This document shows positions 48,035-56,990 of a stretch of DNA of 64,000 nucleotides, one piece after another. Position 1 is the stretch's first letter. Every line of letters starts with the position of its first letter. This DNA comes from Actinomycetota bacterium (GTDB lineage Bacteria; Actinomycetota; Humimicrobiia; Humimicrobiales; Humimicrobiaceae): NCBI GenBank assembly GCA_034660395.1, contig JAYEJA010000040.1, positions 4,434 through 68,433 on the forward strand. Reading direction: 5' to 3'. Made by a program: the position numbers and the translations under genes. The notes below the pieces were generated by a model. That model saw nothing but the letters and a program-made list of their open reading frames with translations, was not told where the DNA came from and searched no databases.

Positions 48035-49234
48035 ATGATAAGAAGAAAAAACAAAGATTCATTTGACCTGGAAGGTTACGGCGGAGGAAAGAAAGCAGTA
48101 AACTATGATTTTATATTATTCTTCATGGTCCTGGCCATTTCATCTTTCGGGGCCCTTATAATCTACAGTGCAACCAGGGGGACTCTGCCCGGAGGGGTTA
48201 CCGACCCCCGGTATTATCTAAAGAAGCAGTTGATTTACCTGGCTGCAGGAATTGCTTTATTTGTTGGAGTTCATTTTATTGATTACAGGAAAATTGAAAG
48301 ATTCTGGTGGCTGTTTTTTATTGCAGGCATTGCTTCACTTGGAGCCGTCCTTATTTTTGGTTATGAAGTGCATGGTTCAAAGAGCTGGATTGATTTAAAG
48401 TTTGTTACCATCCAGCCGTCAGAGTTCTCAAAGATTTTTATGGTAATATGCGTTGCGGGCATATTATCAAAATGGAAGAGGGAAAAAGAACACCACGTAA
48501 CTTTTAAAAAGGTCGTCCTCTCCCTGGCTGTGGCTCTATCTTTCGTGTTAATGGTTTTGCTGCAGCCGGATTACGGGACTGCCCTGATATATCTCATAGT
48601 ATACATATGTTTATTGTTTATCTCCGGCGCTAATTTACTGTATGTTATTTCGATAATGGGTATGATGGCGGGCGGCATCTTTTTTGCTTTTAATGCCGGT
48701 TATATAAAGCAATACCAGCTGGATAGAATCCTTGTTTTATTAAAGCCGGAGGCATACCCCGATGAGGGAGCAGGTTACAATCTATTCCAGTCAAAGCTGG
48801 CTATAGGCTCGGGAGGACTACCGGGCAAGGGGCTCTTTCTGGGGAAGCAAACCAATCTAAGCTATGTTCCCGAGCATCATACCGATTTTATATTTTCTGT
48901 TATTGGAGAGGAACTGGGATTCTTTGGCGCAGTATTGGTGATAATAGTGCTTGGAGTTATCATATGGAGATGTTTTTATATTGCTTCATTATCATCTGAT
49001 AGTTTTGCAATGCTTCTTGGCGCAGGCGTGGGATTTATTATTTTATCGCAGGTAGTAATAAATATCGGTATGACTGTGGGTATCATGCCTATTGTTGGAA
49101 TTCCATTGCCGTTTTTGAGTTCAGGGGGCTCCAGCCTAATAAGCATGCTGCTGGGAGCCGGCCTTGTAGAAAACATATATAGATGGAGGGAATCCAGAAA
49201 GGAGCATGAAATAGCTTATCAGCAATTTAAGTAA
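48035..49234 (+). CDS. rodA: SEDS-family glycosyltransferase RodA
   Basis: FtsW/RodA/SpoVE family topology and motifs. Follows mrdA. Confidence 0.85.
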   Translation: MIRRKNKDSFDLEGYGGGKKAVNYDFILFFMVLAISSFGALIIYSATRGTLPGGVTDPRYYLKKQLIYLAAGIALFVGVHFIDYRKIERFWWLFFIAGIASLGAVLIFGYEVHGSKSWIDLKFVTIQPSEFSKIFMVICVAGILSKWKREKEHHVTFKKVVLSLAVALSFVLMVLLQPDYGTALIYLIVYICLLFISGANLLYVISIMGMMAGGIFFAFNAGYIKQYQLDRILVLLKPEAYPDEGAGYNLFQSKLAIGSGGLPGKGLFLGKQTNLSYVPEHHTDFIFSVIGEELGFFGAVLVIIVLGVIIWRCFYIASLSSDSFAMLLGAGVGFIILSQVVINIGMTVGIMPIVGIPLPFLSSGGSSLISMLLGAGLVENIYRWRESRKEHEIAYQQFK

Positions 49235-49247
49235 TACGGGTAAAAAT

Positions 49248-51041
49248 TTGAATATGGGCGGAATAAAAAGACTGGATTTTGAGCTGCTTGAAGAACTTCT
49301 TGAAGGCATAGAAAAACCGGGAAGATATATAGGTAAGGAAATAGGAACAAAGAGCAAAGACCCACGGAAAATAAAGAACTTGAAAGAGATGGTTTTTATG
49401 GCTCTGGTATTTCCCGATATCTACGAAGTCGGCATGTCTAATCTCGGTCTCCAGATTTTATATGACATTGTAAACGGAAATAAAAATTTCTCGGTTGAAA
49501 GGGTTTTTTCGCCATGGGTGGACTTTGAGGAAAAACTCAGGAAGCGCAGGGTTAAAATCTTTTCACTGGAAAACAGGATATTTCTTGACTCGTTTGATTT
49601 AATCGGTTTTACCATACAGCATGAAATGCTTTATACCAACACGCTGAATGTAATGGACCTGGGCGGGATAAATATACATTCAAAGCAGAGGGGAGAAGAC
49701 TCTCCGCTTATCTGTGCGGGCGGGTCCGCAGTTGTAAATCCCCAGCCGATCTCTAAATTTATGGATTTTTTTGTAATAGGGGACGGTGAGGAAATAGTTA
49801 CGAATATTCTGGAGAAAGTAAGGTTATATAAAAAAAATGATAAAGGGAAAAGCTGGTTTCTAAAAGAAATTAACAGGCTGGACGGTATTTATGTCCCGGA
49901 TTTTTATAAATTTTATTACTATCAAAACGGGCTTATTAAAGATTTTAAGCCCCGTGTAAAAGTAAAAAAAGCGGTAGTCAGGAAACTTGATAAGTTTAGA
50001 GTTATTACTGACCCCATTATACCGAATATAAGGGTGGTGCATGACAGGTTTATCGTAGAAATCATGAGGGGCTGCTGGAGGAGCTGCAGATTCTGCCAGG
50101 CAGGTATTATTTACAGGCCTGTGCGTAAAAGGGAAGTTAAGTCCCTGATAAGGAAGAGCATAAAGGGTATTAAGAATACCGGATATGATGAAATTTCTTT
50201 TTTATCCCTTTCCTCATCTGATTATGGAGAAATAGAAAACCTGGTCGGGGGAGTAACCGGTTCTTTAAAATCAAAGAGACTTTCGATATCAATGCCTTCC
50301 CTGCGGCTTAACAGTGCCAGCCTGGGATTTCTGGAGCTCATACAGAGCGGAAGGAAGACCGGGCTTACCTTTGCCCCGGAAGCGGGAACGCAGAGGATGA
50401 GGGATGTAATCAATAAAAATATCAAGGAAGATGAAATGCTTGAGTGCATTAAATTGGCCTTCGGCAGGGGATGGGAAAAGATAAAGCTTTATTTCATGAT
50501 AGGGCTGCCTTTTGAGAATGAAGATGATATCAGGGGCATAGTTGAGCTTGTAGAAAAGATAATTAATGCAGCCAGGAATGAAATTCCTAAAAGGAAGTTA
50601 AAAAGGCTCAAGATAAATATCAGCATAAATGCCTTCTGCCCGAAGCCCTTTACACCCTTCCAGTGGGTGGGGATTGAAAGCCCGGAGAGCCTTAAAAGAA
50701 AGTTTGATTTTATTTTAAGCAATATTCCGCGAAGGTATGTAAATATAAAATGGTCCGACCCCTGGAGGAGCCTGGTAGAATGTGCCCTGTCAAAGGGAAG
50801 CGGGCTGCTCTGCGATGTTATAGAAGATGCATGGAGGAATGGCGCAAAATTTGATAACTGGTCTGACTTCTTTAATTATGAAATATGGAAAAATGCGTTT
50901 GAAAATTCCGGTGTAGATATTGGCTTATTTACAACCAGAAATTTTACGGTTGATGAAATACTGCCCTGGGATGTTATTGATATAAGGGTTAGAAAAAAAT
51001 CATTGTTGAAGGAATATGAAAAATCAAAGAAATATGTCTGA
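49248..51041 (+). CDS. B12-binding-domain radical SAM protein (TIGR03960-like)
   Basis: CxxxCxxC (CWRSCRFCQ) radical SAM core after an N-terminal B12-like domain. Paired with a DUF2344 gene. Confidence 0.75.
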   Translation: MNMGGIKRLDFELLEELLEGIEKPGRYIGKEIGTKSKDPRKIKNLKEMVFMALVFPDIYEVGMSNLGLQILYDIVNGNKNFSVERVFSPWVDFEEKLRKRRVKIFSLENRIFLDSFDLIGFTIQHEMLYTNTLNVMDLGGINIHSKQRGEDSPLICAGGSAVVNPQPISKFMDFFVIGDGEEIVTNILEKVRLYKKNDKGKSWFLKEINRLDGIYVPDFYKFYYYQNGLIKDFKPRVKVKKAVVRKLDKFRVITDPIIPNIRVVHDRFIVEIMRGCWRSCRFCQAGIIYRPVRKREVKSLIRKSIKGIKNTGYDEISFLSLSSSDYGEIENLVGGVTGSLKSKRLSISMPSLRLNSASLGFLELIQSGRKTGLTFAPEAGTQRMRDVINKNIKEDEMLECIKLAFGRGWEKIKLYFMIGLPFENEDDIRGIVELVEKIINAARNEIPKRKLKRLKINISINAFCPKPFTPFQWVGIESPESLKRKFDFILSNIPRRYVNIKWSDPWRSLVECALSKGSGLLCDVIEDAWRNGAKFDNWSDFFNYEIWKNAFENSGVDIGLFTTRNFTVDEILPWDVIDIRVRKKSLLKEYEKSKKYV

Positions 51042-51720
51042 TGTTGTGATAAGATTTAAATTTTATAAAAAAGATGGTCTTAAGTACCTGTCACATCTTG
51101 ATATTGCAAGGATGATAATACGCGCTTTAAACAGGGCTGGTTTTAACCTTATATACAGCCAGGGATATAACCCCAGGCCAAAAGTAAGTTTCTCTAACCC
51201 CACCCCGCTTGGATTGGAGAGCCTTGCCGAATATGGAGATGTATTTATTGAAGGCGATGTGGGAGAAGAGGATTTTAAAAAAAGAATTAATATGGAATTA
51301 AGAAGGGAAATTCAGGTTACTGAAGCAGGGAAGGTGCAGGGCAAGGCGGACAGTTTAATGAGCCGTATAGATATAGGCCTTTACAGCTTCACTCTTGATA
51401 CCGGTGTTTCCGTCAGGGAACAGCAGGAAAAATTATATAAAGAGGTAGCCGGCCTGATAAAGAAATCTGATTTTTCAGACTCTATATTTAAAATCAGGCA
51501 GGAAGCTTTAAAGGAAGCTCCAAATATAATCCTACTAAAACTATTTGGATATGCTAAAATTTTTAAAGGAAAAGGTAACAGTATTTTTAAATTTAATAAT
51601 TTCTACCAGTTTTTAAAAGAACTGTTGGGAAAATATGGTATAAAAGTTAAAGATGTAAAAAAAGAAGAACTATTTGTAATAAAAGGGGATGAACTCAAGA
51701 CCCCTGTGGAAATAATTTAA
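51016..51720 (+). CDS. Radical SAM-linked protein DUF2344 (TIGR03936-like)
   Basis: FYKKDGLKYLSHLD..GYNPRPK conserved N-terminus. Overlaps the upstream rSAM gene. Confidence 0.7.
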   Translation: MKNQRNMSDVVIRFKFYKKDGLKYLSHLDIARMIIRALNRAGFNLIYSQGYNPRPKVSFSNPTPLGLESLAEYGDVFIEGDVGEEDFKKRINMELRREIQVTEAGKVQGKADSLMSRIDIGLYSFTLDTGVSVREQQEKLYKEVAGLIKKSDFSDSIFKIRQEALKEAPNIILLKLFGYAKIFKGKGNSIFKFNNFYQFLKELLGKYGIKVKDVKKEELFVIKGDELKTPVEII

Positions 51721-51746
51721 GCAGTTGTTAAAGGAGTGTAAGAAAA

Positions 51747-53423
51747 TTGAATAAAGAGATAATAATAAGTGAAGACAGAAACGAAACAAGAGCCGCAATT
51801 CTTGAATCCAGGCAGGTTACCCAGCTGTATTTCGAGCGCAGGAATAAAAAGTCCCTGGTGGGTAATATATATGTGGGAAAGGTTAAAAATGTCCTTCCGG
51901 GGCTGGACGCAGCTTTCGTAGACATTGGTGAGGATAAAAACGCCTTTTTATATGTTAACGAAATAGGTTTTGATACCGAGAATTATGATGGAGAGGAAAT
52001 ACCCAAAAAGATACAGCATATCCTTAAGCCCGGCCAGATGATACTGGTTCAGGTAACAAAGGATGCCATGAAGACAAAAGGAGCAAGAATTACCACTTTT
52101 GTATCAATCCCCGGCAGGTACCTGGTTCTTGCACCTTTTAACAAAGGGGTGGGTGTATCAAAAAAATTGAGTTTCAGGGAAAAGGATAATTTAAGGAAAA
52201 CTGTTGAGGAAATTAAGGGAAGTAATGATTATGGACTGATTGTAAGAACTGCGGCAAGGGAAGCGAATAAGGACCTGTTAAAGAAGGACTTGAAGCAGCT
52301 TAAGAAAAAGTGGAGCTATATAAAGAAAAAAGTTACTTTTTTTAAAAAACCCGGATTAATTTCAAGTGAGTATTCGTTGATAATAAAATTAATGCGGGAT
52401 GTTTTTTCTGAGGAATTCAGCGCCATATATGTAGATAAAAAGAATATCAAGAGGGAGATAGGGCGTTATCTCAGATCTGTGGGATTGAAATTTAACAAAA
52501 TAATCGTGCACCATGGCAAGGAGGACCTGTTTGAATCATTTAATATCAATGAAGTAATTGAGAATGCGCTTGAAAGCAAGGTTTGGTTAAAATCAGGCGG
52601 TTTTATAGTTATAGACCACGGTGAAGCAATGACCACGGTTGATGTTAATACCGGTAAATATACCTCAAGCAAGAGCTCGGCCCATACCATATTAAGGACA
52701 AACCTTGAGGCGGCGGAAGCAATCGTAAGCCAGCTCAGGCTCAGGGATATCGGCGGTATAATAGTAATTGATTTTATTGATATGGCAAGTGAGAAGGATA
52801 GGAAAAAGGTTTACAGCAAGTTTATGCGTTGCCTTGAAAACGACAGTACAAAAACCGAAGTCCTTCCGTTCTCAAAACTTGGCCTTCTCGAGATGACCAG
52901 GAAAAATGTTTCCGACGGCATTCTTGGTACGATGTGCAGAACCTGCCCCAGTTGCATGGGCTCCGGTTTTGTAAAGTCAGAGGAAACTATAAGGCTGGAA
53001 ATTGAAAGAAAAATTAGAAAACTTGCCAGGGAGAGCAGGTCAAAAGGGTTTTTAATAAAATTAAAATCTTCTATAGCAGCACAGATTATTGGTTCTGACG
53101 GCAGAAACCTGAAACATCTCGAGAGAACAACCAAAAAATACATTAATATACAGGGGGATTCAAAGCTGCCCCTGGATGCTTTTATCCTGGTTGCAGAGGG
53201 TTCGGTCAAACAGGTGAAAGAGGCGGCACAGCCATTCAGGATAGGAGATATACTCAACCTTGTTGTGGAGGAGCAGTATCTGCATAATAAAAGTGATGCC
53301 ATATCGAGAGTTAACGGATATGTCGTCCAGATTATAGATGGCAGTAAACATATGGGTAAGCGGCTGAAGGTAGAAATCAAGTCGGTATCCAAGACAAGTG
53401 CAGTAGCGGAAATACATGAATGA
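51747..53423 (+). CDS. rng: Ribonuclease E/G family endoribonuclease
   Basis: S1 domain (GNIYVGKVKNVLPGLDAAFVDIG), DNase I-like and Zn-link (CPSC) regions. TTG start with SD GGAG. Confidence 0.85.
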   Translation: MNKEIIISEDRNETRAAILESRQVTQLYFERRNKKSLVGNIYVGKVKNVLPGLDAAFVDIGEDKNAFLYVNEIGFDTENYDGEEIPKKIQHILKPGQMILVQVTKDAMKTKGARITTFVSIPGRYLVLAPFNKGVGVSKKLSFREKDNLRKTVEEIKGSNDYGLIVRTAAREANKDLLKKDLKQLKKKWSYIKKKVTFFKKPGLISSEYSLIIKLMRDVFSEEFSAIYVDKKNIKREIGRYLRSVGLKFNKIIVHHGKEDLFESFNINEVIENALESKVWLKSGGFIVIDHGEAMTTVDVNTGKYTSSKSSAHTILRTNLEAAEAIVSQLRLRDIGGIIVIDFIDMASEKDRKKVYSKFMRCLENDSTKTEVLPFSKLGLLEMTRKNVSDGILGTMCRTCPSCMGSGFVKSEETIRLEIERKIRKLARESRSKGFLIKLKSSIAAQIIGSDGRNLKHLERTTKKYINIQGDSKLPLDAFILVAEGSVKQVKEAAQPFRIGDILNLVVEEQYLHNKSDAISRVNGYVVQIIDGSKHMGKRLKVEIKSVSKTSAVAEIHE

Positions 53424-53604
53424 AGAAATAGAGATTTTTTTGGTTATCGCCAGCCTTTAAATATTTATGATTCTGCTGCCGGCAGATATTAAGTTCTAAA
53501 AACGATTGAATAGCGGTAAATCTATTTGAAAATCCTGAATTATAAAGTTTAAATTAGTATCTAATAATACTATAAATTAGTAGCTAATTCATTTAATATT
53601 ATCA

Positions 53605-53632
53605 TTGACAAATAAATAATAAATTTTATAAT
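53605..53632 (+). promoter_or_regulatory. Consensus sigma-70/sigmaA promoter (TTGACA-16-TATAAT) driving a ~330-nt leader upstream of rplU-rpmA
   Basis: Read directly. Downstream leader contains a perfect 14-bp stem (GAGTGTAATGGCAT...ATGCCATTACACTC) at 53739..53784. Confidence 0.55.
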
Positions 53633-53968
53633 TAATAAAAATAGATATACTTTACAGTAGTTTATTTGAAACTGAATAATTTTGATAATTAAATAATAAA
53701 TTAATTCAAATAAAGGACGCTTCTCATTTTGCCCCCTGAGTGTAATGGCATGTATCTAAATCTAAATATATGCCATTACACTCTAGTATTTTTACACCCA
53801 TAACTTTCTATATTGATAGAAATAAGAGTACAGCCGTTATAAATAAACTAAAAATAATTTTGATAATACCGGACCTCGGGATTTATTATCATAACTTCAA
53901 ATTGACAGGGCAATAATATTTATGTTAATATTGCTGTCTGTAATTTGAAGTGAAAATGGAGGACTAAA

Positions 53969-54286
53969 ATTTACGCAATAATTACTAGCGGCGGAAAGCA
54001 ATATAAAGCTGAAGAAAATAAAGATATAATAGTAGACAGGGTAGAAGGAAAAGAAGGGGAAAAAGTTACCATTAAGAAGGTAAATCTCATAAGTGATGGT
54101 GACAAAATAAAAATTGGGAAGCCCCTCGTATCCAGTGCTGAGGTTAAAGCGACCATAAAGAAACAAATGAAGGGCGATAAGGTGATTGCCTTTAAGTATA
54201 AACCAAAAAAAAGGTACAGAAGGAAAGTTGGGCACAGGCAGTTGCTAACCATGTTGCATCTGGATAAAATAAGCGTAAAGAAATAA
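53969..54286 (+). CDS. rplU: 50S ribosomal protein L21, apparently initiated at an AUU codon (absent from the ORF track)
   Basis: Translation (M)YAIITSGGKQYKAEENKDIIVDRVEG..AFKYKPKKRYRRKVGHRQ is full-length L21. SD GGAGGA lies 5 nt upstream of the ATT at 53969. There is no ATG/GTG/TTG in frame. Confidence 0.75.
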   Translation: MYAIITSGGKQYKAEENKDIIVDRVEGKEGEKVTIKKVNLISDGDKIKIGKPLVSSAEVKATIKKQMKGDKVIAFKYKPKKRYRRKVGHRQLLTMLHLDKISVKK

Positions 54287-54302
54287 GTAACGGGAGAAAA
54301 TT

Positions 54303-54557
54303 ATGTCCAGTAAAAAAGGTGTAGGAAGCAGCAGGAACGGAAGAGACAGTAATCCTAAATATTTAGGTATAAAGAAATCCGGAGGCCAGGTTGTGGTTGC
54401 CGGAAATATTATCGTGAGGCAGAGAGGTACTAAATACAAACCGGGCGATAACGTAGGTATAGGAAGAGACCATACGCTCTTTGCACTGAGTGATGGAAAA
54501 GTAGAGTTTATAAAACGCAGTAAAAAGAGAAAAGTGGTAAATATTATTTCTGCCTGA
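54303..54557 (+). CDS. rpmA: 50S ribosomal protein L27 (no N-terminal propeptide)
   Basis: [17 protein letters not shown]27 signature. Confidence 0.95.
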   Translation: MSSKKGVGSSRNGRDSNPKYLGIKKSGGQVVVAGNIIVRQRGTKYKPGDNVGIGRDHTLFALSDGKVEFIKRSKKRKVVNIISA

Positions 54558-54580
54558 TTGAACTGGAAGCTTAAACCGTA

Positions 54581-55177
54581 TTATAGAATCCCCGCGTAAT
54601 GAAGTATAACCCCGGCTGAACCTGCAGCAAGAATTACAGGTATTGGGTGCATTTTTGCCAGGAGAAGGATTGCAAGACTTACTACCGTAATTATAATGGC
54701 AGGAAAGTTAATATTTTCAAGCAGGTTTCCCATAAAGCCGGCATCCAGGAAATTTATGGCAGCAAAATCCTCTTTAAAAAAGGTGTTCCCGGCTACAAAT
54801 ATGGCTGCCTGTATGATTAGCGCCAGCACGACGGGCCTTATCCAGTAAATAGTTTCTTTTAATATCGGGGAGTGTCCATATTTTGAAAGATAATATGATA
54901 CTACAAGAATAAGGATTAGAGAGGGCAGAACAACTCCAGTGGTAGCTAAAAGCCCGCCCGGTATTCCTCCAGTTTTATAGCCGACGAAGGTGGCTATATT
55001 TATTGCAATCGGGCCGGGCGTCATTTCCGATATTGAGATTATATTTACAAATTCCTGATCTGTTAACCATCCCCTGGAGATTATCTCCCTTTCAATAAGA
55101 GGTATCATGCCGTAACCTCCTCCAAAGGAGAACAGGCCTATTTTAAAAAATGTAAAAATCAGGTTTAGATAAATCAT
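54581..55177 (-). CDS. Short-chain chromate ion transporter (CHR) family protein, downstream half of the pair
   Basis: FFKIGLFSFGGGYGMIPLIE CHR motif, 198 aa. Overlaps the upstream partner by 4 nt. Confidence 0.75.
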   Translation of the reverse strand: MIYLNLIFTFFKIGLFSFGGGYGMIPLIEREIISRGWLTDQEFVNIISISEMTPGPIAINIATFVGYKTGGIPGGLLATTGVVLPSLILILVVSYYLSKYGHSPILKETIYWIRPVVLALIIQAAIFVAGNTFFKEDFAAINFLDAGFMGNLLENINFPAIIITVVSLAILLLAKMHPIPVILAAGSAGVILHYAGIL

Positions 55178-55725
55178 CTTTCTTTTTTATTGGTATTTTT
55201 TACCAGATAAATCAGAAGCCCTGTTATAATTCCCAGTATTATTACATAAATTGGATGGAGCCCTGTAAAAAACAGAAGGACAAGGGCCAGGATGGTTACA
55301 AGCGGGCTTATTTTATCCCTGATCCCCGTTTTTGCCACTCTTATGGCTGCTACGATAAGGAGGGCTATTACAGCAGAACTTATACCGTGCAGCGCCGCTT
55401 TCACCACTTCTGAAGTGCTGAAATATGAAAAGATTTTTGCCACGGCGATTATTATTGAAAAAGATGGGATAATTACACCCAGCAGCGCTGACAGGGCGCC
55501 GGAGAGTCCACCTATTTTTCTACCGATAAATATTGCTGAATTAACAGCTACGGCTCCGGGAAAGGATTGTGAAACAGCAAGGATATCTATCATTTCATCA
55601 TGGGAGATCCATTCCTTCTTATCTACTATTTCCTGTTCAATTAAGGGGATCATTGCAAAACCCCCTCCGAATGTGAAAATGCCAATTTTAAAAAAAGTCC
55701 AGAACAGAATTAATTTACTTTTTAT
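55174..55725 (-). CDS. Short-chain CHR family protein, upstream half. The true N-terminus extends upstream of the ORF-track ATG (55653), possibly to the ATA at 55725 or the ATT at 55710.
   Basis: In-frame upstream codons encode LILFWTFFKIGIFTFGGGFA before MIPLIEQ, matching the partner's N-terminal motif. No canonical start occurs in frame after the stop at 55741..55743. Confidence 0.55.
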   Translation of the reverse strand: MKSKLILFWTFFKIGIFTFGGGFAMIPLIEQEIVDKKEWISHDEMIDILAVSQSFPGAVAVNSAIFIGRKIGGLSGALSALLGVIIPSFSIIIAVAKIFSYFSTSEVVKAALHGISSAVIALLIVAAIRVAKTGIRDKISPLVTILALVLLFFTGLHPIYVIILGIITGLLIYLVKNTNKKER

Positions 55726-55945
55726 ATTGTTCTTTTTATTTTAATTATAAACTTATACCGGATATTATATCGTTTTTATTAATTATAAAATGGCGGATAT
55801 TTCATAATTGATGCGGGGCCGTTGTCTCATTTGCCGGGTCCCGTTGTTAATGAGGCGTTTTTTATTTACTTGACTAGGAAAATTCTTTCTGTAATATTTA
55901 TGTAAAATTGATTGTTTTATCATAATATCCGGCTGGAGATTATTA

Positions 55946-56983
55946 ATGAAAGGTAAAATGAGGGCCCAGTTATTTTATGGACCCGGAGATATCAGATATG
56001 AACATATTGATATACCGGATATAAGGCAGGATGAAGTTCTCGTAAGGATAAAAAGCGCACTCACATGCGGCTCCGACCTCAAGACATACAAAAGGGGACA
56101 CCCGACCATGATAAAGGAATCCTCCGTATTCGGCCATGAATGGGCCGGTGATATCGTAGAAAAGGGCGGCGGGGTAAAAAAGTTTGAAGTTGGGGACAGG
56201 ATAGTATCGGTTAATACTGCTCCCTGCGGCAGCTGTTTTTATTGTAGGCTGGGCAGGTATTCACTCTGCGAAAATCTTGTTTATAACAACGGCGCCTATG
56301 CTGAATACATAAAAGTGCCTGCAAATATACTGGATAAAAACACATTTAGGATACCTGAAGGGATAAAGTACAGGGAAGCCGCACTTCTGGAGCCGCTTTC
56401 CTGCGTGGTGCATGGCGTAGAAGAATCCCGAATCCGCAGGGGTGATACTGTGGTAATAAATGGAGCAGGACCAATAGGGCTCATGTTCGCGGTGCTGGCA
56501 AAGTTAAAGGGTGCTGTAGTGATATCCGTTGACCTTTCAGACGAGCGGCTTGGATATGCCGCTGAATTAGGGGCTGATTATACGGTTAACGGTGAAAAGG
56601 TTGATGACCAGGTTAAGGCTGTAAAAAAGTTAACCGGCATGGGAAGGGGAGCGGACATTGCAATTGATGCTACCGGGCTGCCTGAAGTATGGGAAATGAC
56701 GGTGCCCATGGGTAGAAAAGGAGCCCTTATAAATCTCTTCGGAGGCTGCCTGCCCGGTACCTCTATCAATATTGACACTGCGCTGATTCATTATTCCGAG
56801 TTTACTATAAAAGGTGTGTATCATCACACTCCATATTATGTAAAAAAAGCATTTGCCCTGATAACATCACACAGTATCAATGCGGCTAAATTCATAACTG
56901 CGGATATGCCGCTGGAAAAACTGGCGGATGCTCTGAAGCTTATGGATAGCAGAAAGGGAATAAAATATAATATTTTAACTTGA
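55946..56983 (+). CDS. Zinc-dependent medium-chain dehydrogenase/reductase (polyol/threonine dehydrogenase-like)
   Basis: CGSDLK..H catalytic zinc motif, structural-zinc cysteines CGSCFYC, GxGxxG. Confidence 0.8.
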   Translation: MKGKMRAQLFYGPGDIRYEHIDIPDIRQDEVLVRIKSALTCGSDLKTYKRGHPTMIKESSVFGHEWAGDIVEKGGGVKKFEVGDRIVSVNTAPCGSCFYCRLGRYSLCENLVYNNGAYAEYIKVPANILDKNTFRIPEGIKYREAALLEPLSCVVHGVEESRIRRGDTVVINGAGPIGLMFAVLAKLKGAVVISVDLSDERLGYAAELGADYTVNGEKVDDQVKAVKKLTGMGRGADIAIDATGLPEVWEMTVPMGRKGALINLFGGCLPGTSINIDTALIHYSEFTIKGVYHHTPYYVKKAFALITSHSINAAKFITADMPLEKLADALKLMDSRKGIKYNILT

Positions 56984-56990
56984 TTTTATT

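Noticed and set aside
53476-53491. Perfect 10-bp palindrome CTGCCGGCAG after rng
   Set aside because: No loop and no T-tract. It is more likely a chance or restriction-type palindrome than a terminator.
53897-54252. Two minus-strand ORFs (112 and 93 aa) in the rplU region
   Set aside because: Antisense to ribosomal protein L21, whose frame is unambiguous by homology.
55292-55744. 150-aa plus-strand ORF
   Set aside because: Antisense to the CHR half-transporter gene, whose homology is clear.
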